Source: Minisyncoccia bacterium
Lineage (GTDB): Bacteria > Patescibacteriota > Minisyncoccia > Phycocordibacterales > GWA1-40-21
Length of the DNA stretch: 56,956 nt
NCBI GenBank assembly: GCA_049287185.1
Contig: JBAQFI010000014.1
Location: 1-56,956 of the forward strand
Reading direction: 5' to 3'
Below are positions 1 to 7,689 of this stretch, piece after piece. A program made the position numbers and the translations under genes. Every line of letters starts with the position of its first letter. The stretch's first letter is position 1. The notes under the pieces are model-generated. The model did not search any database. It saw only the letters and a program-made list of their open reading frames with translations, and was not told the origin of the DNA.

Positions 1-53
1 GCACTCCAACCACGGTAAACCAAACGAGCAGCTTCACGTCTAATCTTGGGCAT
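1..53 (-). CDS. 5' end of an unidentified gene running off the window (MPKIRREAARLVYRGWS...)
   Basis: ATG at 51-53 on the minus strand, open to the window edge. The RBS is weak and no family is recognisable. Confidence 0.2.
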   Translation of the reverse strand, partial: MPKIRREAARLVYRGWS

Positions 54-131
54 ATTCTCATTTGTTGTATATGACATATCTTGATGTTATTACATCAAGT
101 GGTGCCAAGCTATTGAACCTATACGTATTGC

Positions 132-159
132 TTGACAAAATCTATAAAACGTGTATAAT
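132..159 (+). promoter_or_regulatory. sigma70-like promoter for the lipoprotein gene
   Basis: TTGACA (132-137), 16 nt spacer, extended -10 TGTATAAT (152-159), about 55 nt upstream of the ATG at 214. Confidence 0.5.
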
Positions 160-213
160 ATATAGAGAGTAAAATATGTAATTTAACAAAAATAAAAAAC
201 CTTAGGAGGGTTT

Positions 214-801
214 ATGAAGAAGTTAATGTTTTCAAGCGTTTTCGTTTTTATGGTGGTCTTAATGACTGGTTGTTCAAGTCTGCCAGAGAGTCAGTTGAAC
301 AGCATGAACATTTCGACAATAAATTGTCCGGTCAATCCTTCCTGGTTTTTCCCAGGTACGCTGTGCTACGACAATGACAACACAGTAAGTGTGTTTAATT
401 GCACAGATTACTTTGTAAGAATTGAAGGAAGCAATGGACTTTACTTCCCTAGGTTGTCGACTGACAGACAGTGGAGGCTCTTGGCTAATGTGTGGTCTAA
501 AACGCCCATAACCTTGGTTATCAAGGTTTATGATCCTAAAAGCGAAACAGTTCTAAAAACTTTTTCCAAAACAATTGTTTTGGAAAAAGGCGGGGAAAAT
601 CTCTATTCCTACGTAATCACAAAGGAAGACGGAGAAATTATCTGCACGGACAAACACCAGAGAATTGCATCAAACTATACTTCTTATGGTGGCGGAGTAT
701 CTGTTTCGAGTAATAATCACAGGCGCGGCTGGAGTATATTTGGTGGAAATGATCATCACGATCGTGGACACGACAATAACAGACGCGAACATCACCGTTA
801 A
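214..801 (+). CDS. secreted lipoprotein with a His/Arg/Asp-rich C-terminal tail
   Basis: Signal peptide with lipobox (VLMTGC). GGAGG RBS lies just upstream. The C-terminus reads HRRGWSIFGGNDHHDRGHDNNRREHHR. Confidence 0.7.
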   Translation: MKKLMFSSVFVFMVVLMTGCSSLPESQLNSMNISTINCPVNPSWFFPGTLCYDNDNTVSVFNCTDYFVRIEGSNGLYFPRLSTDRQWRLLANVWSKTPITLVIKVYDPKSETVLKTFSKTIVLEKGGENLYSYVITKEDGEIICTDKHQRIASNYTSYGGGVSVSSNNHRRGWSIFGGNDHHDRGHDNNRREHHR

Positions 802-820
802 TATCAGAACTATTAACCAA

Positions 821-850
821 CCGCTTAGCACAATGTGCTAGGCGGTTTTT
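821..850 (+). terminator. intrinsic terminator
   Basis: Hairpin CCGCTTAGCAC/GTGCTAGGCGG followed by TTTTT. Confidence 0.6.
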
Positions 851-876
851 AAATTGAAATATGTTAAAATATAGTT

Positions 877-1311
877 ATGAAAATAGTAAGTAAAAGTCTC
901 AAAGAGACGAGAGACATTGCTAAGGATTATATAGAAAAAGAGTTAAAAGCTGATAAAGATCAGTCATTGGTGGTGTGCTTGTCAGGTGATTTAGGCTCTG
1001 GTAAAACTGCTTTTACTCAAGAAACCTGCAGAATTTTAGGAGTTGAAGATCCTGTTACTAGCCCAACCTTTGTACTACAGAAAAAATATAAAATTAATCA
1101 CCCAGAATTTAATGAGCTAGTGCATATTGATGCTTATCGGTTGAATGATGGAGAGGAACTTAAAAGAATTGGTTGGAAGGAATTATTAACTAATCCTAAA
1201 CGTGTGGTTTTTATTGAGTGGCCAGAAATTGTCGCCGATGTATTAACTGGAAAGGAGAAGAAAATTGGGTTTAAGTTTGTGTCGGAGAATGAGAGAGAAA
1301 TAAATTATTAG
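877..1311 (+). CDS. tsaE: tRNA t6A biosynthesis ATPase TsaE (YjeE)
   Basis: P-loop GDLGSGKT, SPTF motif, size about 145 aa. Confidence 0.8.
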   Translation: MKIVSKSLKETRDIAKDYIEKELKADKDQSLVVCLSGDLGSGKTAFTQETCRILGVEDPVTSPTFVLQKKYKINHPEFNELVHIDAYRLNDGEELKRIGWKELLTNPKRVVFIEWPEIVADVLTGKEKKIGFKFVSENEREINY

Positions 1312-1343
1312 TACGTATCACATTGAAATATCAACCCTCTCAA

Positions 1344-1436
1344 CGTCATTGCGAGGAGGTCGTCCGACGAAGCAATCCAGGATTAATCTTAATTTTAAGA
1401 TGGATTGCCACGGGTGAGTACACCCTCGCAATGACG
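1344..1436. repeat. palindromic intergenic repeat, family A (CGTCATTGCGAGG...CCTCGCAATGACG)
   Basis: Inverted termini GTCATTGCGAGG / CCTCGCAATGAC with an inner AATCCAGG / GGATTGC pair. Related copies lie at 7176-7270 and 42555-42643. Confidence 0.85.
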
Positions 1437-1469
1437 GAAAGGAAACAGCCTTCATAATTTGAATTAAAA

Positions 1470-3887
1470 ATGAGCAAAAATAACAAGACAAAAAGACTGG
1501 TATTGCTAGATGTTCATGCGATTCTTCATCGTGCCTATCATGCTTTGCCAGAATTTACGACAAGCGCCGGTGAACCAACTGGTGGACTCTATGGTTTGTC
1601 CACGATGCTTCTAAAAATCATTGATGATTTGAAGCCAGATTATATTGTGGCGTGTTATGACTTACCAAAACCGACTTATCGTCATGAAGCCTACAAAGAT
1701 TATAAAGCGGGTCGGGCCAAGGCCGATGAAGCATTGATTAGCCAAATTAAACGTTCCTACGATATTTTTAAAGCACTAAACATTCCAATTTTTGCTGAGG
1801 CTGGTTTTGAGGCTGACGATTTGGTGGGAACTTTTGTAGAACAAAATAAAAATAAAAAAGATTTAGATATTGTGATTGCATCAGGCGACATGGACACACT
1901 ACAGCTCGTAGAGGGTGACAAGGTGAGAGTTTATACTTTAAAAAAGGGAATTAAAGACACCATTATTTATAATGAAGATGGTGTTCGTGAGCGTTTTGGT
2001 TTTGATCCAAAACTTTTGACTGATTATAAAGGCCTCCGCGGAGACCCATCGGATAATATTATTGGTATTGCCGGTATTGGAGAAAAAACTGCTACCGATC
2101 TAATTGTAAATTTTGGTTCCATTGAAAGTATTTATAAACAATTGGAAAAGGACCCAAAAGTTTTACTCAAAGCGGGAATCAAAGAAAGAATTGTTAAACT
2201 TTTAGAGGAAGGAAAGGAGGAGGCTTTGTTTTCCAAGATGCTCGGCTCGATTCGTCGAGATGCGCCAGTTAAATATGAACTACCTGAAAAAAGTTGGAGT
2301 GAAGAGGTTTCTGTCGAGACAGTTACTGATTTATGGAACAGTTTAGAATTTAGAACCTTGGCCCAAAGGCTCAAAGATATTTTATTAAAATATAAAACAG
2401 TAGGGGATAAAACTGGAGTTATAAAAGAAAAAAGTCTGGCCGAGGAAAAAGAAAAAGTTGAGGCTTTTTTTGCTGGAGTCAGTGAAAGAGAAATCGAAGA
2501 AACACTGCTCGGTATGTGGCTTATCAATTCCAATATGACGAGTCCTGACAAGGAGGATTTGCTAAATTATGCCAATCGAAAAAGTTTTAAAGAATTAAAA
2601 TCTGAAATTGAAGTGGAATTGGATAAACGAGGACTGAAAAAAGTTTATGAAGAAATAGAAAAACCTTTGATTCCGATTGTGACAGAGATGAATAATCTGG
2701 GTATTTTAATTGATAAGAAAAAGCTAGCGCTTTTAGGTAAGGAATATCATGTGGAGTTGGATAAAAAAGAAAAAGAGATTTGGAAACTAGCCGGTGGAGA
2801 ATTTAATGTTAGTTCACCAAAACAAGTTGGAGAAATAATCTTTGAGCGCCTTGGTTTAAAAGCTAAAGGTCAGAAGAAAACGGGGAGTGGAGCCTTATCT
2901 ACTAAAGAATCAGAACTAGAAAAATTGCGTGATGAGCACCCAATCATTAGTTTGATTTTGGAATATCGTGAATTGGACAAACTTCTTTCGACTTATATTG
3001 ATAACATCCCAAAACTACTTGATGCTAACAATCGTTTACACACCAAGTTTTTACAGGCTGGTACAACAACTGGAAGAATGGCCTCTCAAGAACCAAATCT
3101 ACAGAATATTCCCAACAAAACAGATTTAGGTCGGATGATTCGTCAGTCTTTTATTGCTGACAAAGGTAAGAAATTAGTGGCTTTTGATTATTCCCAGATT
3201 GAACTTCGTATTGCCTCTTTTCTTTCTGGTGATGAAAAACTATTAGATATTTTTCGCAAAGGGCAGGATATTCACACCGCTGTAGCCATGTCGGTTTTCA
3301 ATGTTAAAGCTGAAGAAGTCGATAAAGAAAAACGTCGCCGAGCCAAGGTAATTAACTTCGGTATTATTTACGGCATGGGTATTAATGCCTTGCGCGTGCA
3401 GCTGGGAACAGATCGAGCTGAGGCCCAAGCCTTCTACGACCAATATTTTAAAGAATTTGCCGGTCTAGCTAATTATTTAGACCAAGTAAAAGTTTTTGCC
3501 AACCAGAATGGTTATACGGAAACTTTGTTTGGACGCCGCCGTTATTTTGAAGGTTTGAAGTCTAAATTACCTTTTATTCGAGCTGCTGCTGAAAGAATGG
3601 CTATCAATGCCCCAATTCAAGGCACAGAAGCGGATATTGTTAAGTTGGCGATGATTGCCATAGATAAATATTTAGTCAAAGAAAAGCTGAAGGGAGATGT
3701 GCAAATGGTTTTACAAGTGCATGATGAATTGGTCTACGAAGTAAACGAAAAAATGGTTAAAAAAATAGAACCAGAAATCAAAAAAATAATGGAAAGTGTT
3801 GTCGATTTGAAATTGAGTAAAGGAGTAGTGTGTATTGCTGAAGCTTCAGTGGGAGATAATTGGGGAGAAATGAAAAAAATTAGTTAA
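1470..3887 (+). CDS. polA: DNA polymerase I
   Basis: An N-terminal 5'-3' exonuclease domain is followed by family A polymerase motifs (DYSQIELR, QVHDELV, RRxAKxxNFGxxYG). Confidence 0.95.
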   Translation: MSKNNKTKRLVLLDVHAILHRAYHALPEFTTSAGEPTGGLYGLSTMLLKIIDDLKPDYIVACYDLPKPTYRHEAYKDYKAGRAKADEALISQIKRSYDIFKALNIPIFAEAGFEADDLVGTFVEQNKNKKDLDIVIASGDMDTLQLVEGDKVRVYTLKKGIKDTIIYNEDGVRERFGFDPKLLTDYKGLRGDPSDNIIGIAGIGEKTATDLIVNFGSIESIYKQLEKDPKVLLKAGIKERIVKLLEEGKEEALFSKMLGSIRRDAPVKYELPEKSWSEEVSVETVTDLWNSLEFRTLAQRLKDILLKYKTVGDKTGVIKEKSLAEEKEKVEAFFAGVSEREIEETLLGMWLINSNMTSPDKEDLLNYANRKSFKELKSEIEVELDKRGLKKVYEEIEKPLIPIVTEMNNLGILIDKKKLALLGKEYHVELDKKEKEIWKLAGGEFNVSSPKQVGEIIFERLGLKAKGQKKTGSGALSTKESELEKLRDEHPIISLILEYRELDKLLSTYIDNIPKLLDANNRLHTKFLQAGTTTGRMASQEPNLQNIPNKTDLGRMIRQSFIADKGKKLVAFDYSQIELRIASFLSGDEKLLDIFRKGQDIHTAVAMSVFNVKAEEVDKEKRRRAKVINFGIIYGMGINALRVQLGTDRAEAQAFYDQYFKEFAGLANYLDQVKVFANQNGYTETLFGRRRYFEGLKSKLPFIRAAAERMAINAPIQGTEADIVKLAMIAIDKYLVKEKLKGDVQMVLQVHDELVYEVNEKMVKKIEPEIKKIMESVVDLKLSKGVVCIAEASVGDNWGEMKKIS

Positions 3888-3896
3888 TTAAAATCA

Positions 3897-4643
3897 ATGA
3901 TATATTTTTTAGTAGGCGATAATACTGAAATAGGGATTGCAAAAGCTCAAAAAGTGATTGAAGCTTTGCAAAAAAAGAAACCGGACGCGGCGTATTTTAA
4001 AATTGATGAATTAACTTGGGATGAAAGTAAAATGGAAGAGTGGATTGCTAGCCAAGGTTTGTTTGCTAGTAACTTTTTAATTTATGTTGATAGGGTTTGT
4101 AAAAACAAGGAAGCCAAAAGTTATTTACTAAAGAGACGTAAAGAACTAGCCGAGTCTGAAAATTTCTTTGTTATTCTAGAAGGTAAGTTGGATAAAGATA
4201 CTGAAGGGAAGTTAGCCAAAGTGGCTTGGAAGACTGAAGAATTTAATAAACCAGAAAAAACCAATTTAACTAAAGAAGAAAAACTAGAGGCGATTGGTGA
4301 AAAAATAGACTTTTTTGAGTATGCTGATATTTTTGCTTCAGGTGACAAAAAGAAAATCTGGGTCATGTATCGAGAAGCGGTAGACAAAGGTGTGCCAGCT
4401 GAGGAAATTCATAGTATTTTCTTTTGGCAGGCGAGAACTATGCTTGCGGCTACTTTGGCTAAAAATCAAGCAGAATCAGGCTTAAAACCCTATCCCTATC
4501 AGAAAGGTAAAAGTGCAGCCGAAAATTATGGGGAAGAAAGATTAAGGAAAATTAATAGTCAGTTCGTCTCAATTTATCATGAAGCCCATCGCGGGGAAGT
4601 GGATTTGTATAATGCGTTAGAGAAGTTGATTTTGGAGATGTAG
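3897..4643 (+). CDS. possible DNA polymerase III delta subunit-like protein (short HolA-like)
   Basis: Lies immediately downstream of polA. The N-terminus (IYFLVGDN...GLFASNFLIYV) resembles HolA domain I. Similarity is weak. Confidence 0.4.
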   Translation: MIYFLVGDNTEIGIAKAQKVIEALQKKKPDAAYFKIDELTWDESKMEEWIASQGLFASNFLIYVDRVCKNKEAKSYLLKRRKELAESENFFVILEGKLDKDTEGKLAKVAWKTEEFNKPEKTNLTKEEKLEAIGEKIDFFEYADIFASGDKKKIWVMYREAVDKGVPAEEIHSIFFWQARTMLAATLAKNQAESGLKPYPYQKGKSAAENYGEERLRKINSQFVSIYHEAHRGEVDLYNALEKLILEM

Positions 4644-4702
4644 AGGAAAACCAGTAGGACTATTTATGAAAGTAGGAATCTGTCACAACCATTTTAAAAA
4701 TA

Positions 4703-4853
4703 AGTAGGACCGCTTCGCGTATCTTTTCTTCCTTCGTTTTGTCGTCACAAAACTCAGTCGAAACGCGGTCTCGAATTTCTCGCTGGTGCTCGAAATATAC
4801 TCGACCGTTCTCATCCTACTCGCAAGACACGTAGGTGTCTTGCTTGGGCGCAC
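4703..4853 (-). repeat. tRNA-3'-end-linked structured element, type C body (Lys copy)
   Basis: On the minus strand, GTGCGCCCA is the complement of the tRNA-Lys acceptor 3' strand. A hairpin (AGCAAGACAC/GTGTCTTGCG) follows, then AGTAGGA, the complement of the T-stem 3' strand. Next comes a 47 nt core nearly identical to 11893-11939. The element ends GCGGTCCTACT, echoing tRNA ...TTCCTACT. Confidence 0.8.
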
Positions 4854-4887
4854 AAAATAAAAAACCACTTTCGTTATTTAAAATTGT

Positions 4888-5005
4888 GGTCACAGGTTTT
4901 TTCTTGCTAGAAAAACTCGCGACCCCGCCTCGCGCCGTCGCGCTCCGGCTCGCACACTGCAAACCAAAACCACCAGGTGTCTGGTGGTTTTTAATATTTG
5001 CAGTG
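4888..5005 (-). repeat. tRNA-3'-end-linked structured element, type A body (Lys copy)
   Basis: Directly 3' of tRNA-Lys there is a long hairpin plus T-run, followed by the conserved blocks GGCGGGGTCGCGAG, a hairpin and GTGACC. The same blocks occur in the His, Val and Ser copies. Confidence 0.7.
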
Positions 5006-5078
5006 TGCGCCCAGTAGGAATCGAACCTACGACCAATTGCTTAAAAGGCAACTGCTCTACCAGCTGAGCTATGGGCGC
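5006..5078 (-). tRNA. tRNA-Lys (anticodon UUU)
   Basis: Manual cloverleaf: GCGCCCA acceptor, GCTCAGCTGGTAGAGC D arm, anticodon loop CTTTTAA, T arm GTAGGTTCGATTCCTAC. No CCA is encoded. Confidence 0.9.
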
Positions 5079-5140
5079 ATACTTGAGTAACGCTTGAGAA
5101 TATAACAAGAAAAATGATTTTAGTCCAGTTTTAAAATTAA

Positions 5141-5169
5141 TTGACCCGGCATATTCATTGGAGTAATAT
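5141..5169 (+). promoter_or_regulatory. candidate sigma70-like promoter
   Basis: TTGACC, 17 nt spacer, TAATAT, upstream of the CDS at 5218. Confidence 0.35.
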
Positions 5170-5217
5170 TAATTTAGAATAGAATAATTTAAAAACTCTA
5201 AAAAAGGATGGGGGATA

Positions 5218-5664
5218 ATGAAAAAACTCATTATTGTAAGACACGGTCACTACGGAGACGATTTACGTCTTAATGACTATGGTCGCTCTGCTATTAACAC
5301 ACTGGCTACCAAGTTGGTACCGGAAGTTAATGAAAAATCAAGACTCATTCTCACTTCTACAGCCGATCGGGCTCGTGAAAGTGCGGAAATTATGAGTATT
5401 GTTTTGGGCACGAGATACGAGGAACATAGGGTTCTTTGGTCCGACAGTGAACATAATTGGAATTTGGTTTGGGCATTGAACTTGGTTCATAAGCACGAGC
5501 ATGTTGAAATTCTGACCCTCGTCACTCATTTTGAGTACGCAGAATACTTCCCGTCCTATTTTGGAAAGGAATTTCTAAAAACAGAGTTCAAGTCCCATGA
5601 GATCAATAAAGCTGAGGCATGGATTATTGATTGTCCACTGAAAACCCTGAGACATGTTTGTTAG
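5218..5664 (+). CDS. histidine phosphatase superfamily protein (PGAM-like), short form
   Basis: RHG motif (IIVRHGHYG), second Arg (TADRARESA), distal His (LVTHFE). GGATGGGGG RBS. Confidence 0.7.
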   Translation: MKKLIIVRHGHYGDDLRLNDYGRSAINTLATKLVPEVNEKSRLILTSTADRARESAEIMSIVLGTRYEEHRVLWSDSEHNWNLVWALNLVHKHEHVEILTLVTHFEYAEYFPSYFGKEFLKTEFKSHEINKAEAWIIDCPLKTLRHVC

Positions 5665-5692
5665 TTTAATTCTGAATTTTATGCAAGAGTTG

Positions 5693-5728
5693 ACCCTACT
5701 ATTACAATCGTAATCAGTAGGGTTTTTC
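5693..5728 (+). terminator. intrinsic terminator
   Basis: CCCTACT...AGTAGGG hairpin followed by TTTTT. Confidence 0.6.
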
Positions 5729-5814
5729 TTTTGTTGACTTTTGCATCTCAGAGCGTTAGGGTAATTGCTAGTACTTATAAACATAGTGTTTATTTGTAAA
5801 AGGGAGTTCTTTAC

Positions 5815-6141
5815 ATGAAAGATATAAGTGAAAAAATAGAAAGACTTTTCTGTCTTCCAAATTGTATCCGCTTTATAGTCGTCGCAACTTTTTTGATTGA
5901 TATCCTGCACGCTATATTAGTGCAAGTGTTTTCCGGGTCATTTATAAGCATATTCGAATATCATCTTTATTTTAAGGTGAGCTTCGATAAGTTTCTTGTC
6001 GATTGTTTTTGTTTTATACCCTGGTCGTTTGTCATAGCCGGTTGTCTCTTTGGAATATTTGAAAATTTAATGATGTTTATTAAATTTTTAAACAAGACGT
6101 TTTGTCGGACAAATAAACAATTACGGACAAAAGTTTCTTAA
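5815..6141 (+). CDS. hypothetical membrane protein
   Basis: ORF with hydrophobic segments. A competing antisense ORF (5575-5910) overlaps its start. No family is recognised. Confidence 0.35.
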   Translation: MKDISEKIERLFCLPNCIRFIVVATFLIDILHAILVQVFSGSFISIFEYHLYFKVSFDKFLVDCFCFIPWSFVIAGCLFGIFENLMMFIKFLNKTFCRTNKQLRTKVS

Positions 6142-6151
6142 AACCCAAAAT

Positions 6152-6184
6152 AATACCCACCAAGTTTTTACTTGGTGGGTATTT
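6152..6184. terminator. bidirectional terminator hairpin
   Basis: AATACCCACCAAG/CTTGGTGGGTATT lies between convergent genes and is flanked by A and T runs. Confidence 0.6.
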
Positions 6185-6193
6185 TAATTCATT

Positions 6194-6610
6194 CTATAAC
6201 GGCAAATCCAACGCCAACACACCTGGACCAGTGAGAAGGAGAGACAAACAAATAGCTATAATCATAAAATAAAAAACAAAATCACGTTTAATTAAATCAT
6301 CCTCCAGAGATTCGATAGAAATTTGTATTAAAGCTAGTAATCCAAAAACAATAGCCACTCCTTGGGTGTATAGACCTGCAATTAGCATTAAACCTCCAAT
6401 TATTTCTACCAATCCGATAATTGAATTTACTAATCTTGCTTGAGGGACGCGAACAATTCTTAAAAATCTAACCCAACTTATTCTTTCGCCAGTTAATTTT
6501 AGATAGCCGAGGTTAATAAAAATTAAGCCCAAAACTAAGCGTAAAATCACTGAACTCAGAATGCCAAAATTTAGTAGATCAGGGAACAAACTGTTTACAT
6601 GATAATCCAT
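6194..6610 (-). CDS. DoxX-family small membrane protein
   Basis: Four predicted TM helices, size about 138 aa, typical DoxX-like pattern (GLIFINLGYLKL..., GGLMLIAGLYTQ). Confidence 0.55.
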   Translation of the reverse strand: MDYHVNSLFPDLLNFGILSSVILRLVLGLIFINLGYLKLTGERISWVRFLRIVRVPQARLVNSIIGLVEIIGGLMLIAGLYTQGVAIVFGLLALIQISIESLEDDLIKRDFVFYFMIIAICLSLLLTGPGVLALDLPL

Positions 6611-6691
6611 ACAGAAATTATAACTCTTTTATTTTCTTTGGACAACGGGTAGAGCTTTGCATATTTTTAAATCAACAAGTATATTAGGCTT

Positions 6692-7168
6692 ATGATAAAA
6701 AAGGAGATAGTCGTGGTATTAGATAATGTCCGTAGTGTGTTAAACGCTGGAGCTATTTTCCGTACCTCAGATGCCGCTGGAGTATCTAAAATATACCTAT
6801 GTGGTTACACACCAACTCCAATTGATCGTTTTAATAGAGCGAGAAAAGATTTTGCTAAAACAGCTTTAGGAGCAGAAAAATCTGTTGCCTGGGAGTATAA
6901 AAAAAGAACCACTGATGCTTTACGTAAATTAAAAAATGAAGGGTTTGAAATTATTGCTATTGAATTGGATAAGAGATCTCAGGATTATAAAAAAATAAAA
7001 ATTAAAAACAAAACCGCTATTGTTTTGGGTAACGAAGTCCTGGGGGTTAGTAAAAATATTTTAAAACAGGCTGACGTGATTGCTGAGATACCAATGATGG
7101 GGGAGAAGGAGTCCTTAAATGTTAGTGTAGCCTTCGGGATAGTATTGTTTCGATTATTGAATATATAG
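6692..7168 (+). CDS. SpoU/TrmH-family RNA 2'-O-methyltransferase
   Basis: SPOUT motifs NVRSVLNAGAIFRTSDAAG, LGNEVLGV and SLNVSVAFGI. Confidence 0.8.
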   Translation: MIKKEIVVVLDNVRSVLNAGAIFRTSDAAGVSKIYLCGYTPTPIDRFNRARKDFAKTALGAEKSVAWEYKKRTTDALRKLKNEGFEIIAIELDKRSQDYKKIKIKNKTAIVLGNEVLGVSKNILKQADVIAEIPMMGEKESLNVSVAFGIVLFRLLNI

Positions 7169-7175
7169 TTTCCTC

Positions 7176-7270
7176 CGTCATTGCGAGGAGGTCTGCCGAC
7201 GTGGCAATCCAGGCCTAATTCTAAAAACAGAATCCTGGATTGCTTCGTCAGAGTACTTCCTCGCAATGAC
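7176..7270. repeat. palindromic intergenic repeat, family A
   Basis: CCGTCATTGCGAGGAGG...CCTGGATTGCTTCGTC...CCTCGCAATGAC. Same family as 1344-1436. Confidence 0.85.
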
Positions 7271-7304
7271 AAACAAAAAACCACCCGAGGATGATTTTAA
7301 TTTT

Positions 7305-7505
7305 TTAATACTGACTTTCTTTTAATTCTACAACATTACCATAACGATCTAGAACTTTAGTAGTAATAATTTGATTTTTTGCTGAAGGTAAAAGGTTCAC
7401 AGTATTTTTTGGGACACTCGCTGAGGTTGGAGTGGCAAAATCAAAAAAACGGGAGACAAAAAACATAATTACTACTGCTAACAAAATCCATTTTAAATCA
7501 TCCAT
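7305..7505 (-). CDS. small N-terminally anchored hypothetical protein
   Basis: 66 aa with a single N-terminal TM helix (WILLAVVIMFFVSRFF). Confidence 0.45.
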   Translation of the reverse strand: MDDLKWILLAVVIMFFVSRFFDFATPTSASVPKNTVNLLPSAKNQIITTKVLDRYGNVVELKESQY

Positions 7506-7579
7506 TGGTTATTCTATTAATGTTAAATTTATAGTTAGAGAGTGTAGCATAAGTCATAGAAAAAACAATATTCGTTACA

Positions 7580-7689
7580 AGTATTTAGTATGTAGTATAC
7601 AGTATATAGTATGAGATAAATCGTCACCTACGGTGACGATTTATCTTCTTTTATACTAAATACTATATACCAGATACTACATACTAAAT
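7580..7689. repeat. long imperfect palindrome with TATACTAAATACT-type arms around a terminator hairpin
   Basis: Central hairpin GATAAATCGTCACC/GGTGACGATTTATC. The arms are AGTATTTAGTATGTAGTAT... and ...ATACTACATACTAAAT. Related motifs lie at about 27285-27330 and 52325-52360. Confidence 0.7.

Noticed and set aside
4683-4868. Minus-strand ORFs 4683-4868 and 11803-11988 share the peptide TVEYISSTSEKFETA, which suggests a duplicated small protein gene.
   Set aside because: The identity is confined to the 47 nt core of the tRNA-linked type C element. Outside it the frames diverge completely. There is no RBS, and the region is dominated by conserved hairpins. I interpret it as a nucleic-acid repeat, not coding sequence.
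6985-7284. ORFs spanning the palindromic repeats (6985-7284, 9870-10061, 42560-42769).
   Set aside because: They are open frames created by the GC-rich repeat arms (translations such as RPPRNDG and SLRGS). They overlap real genes or terminators and have no start context.
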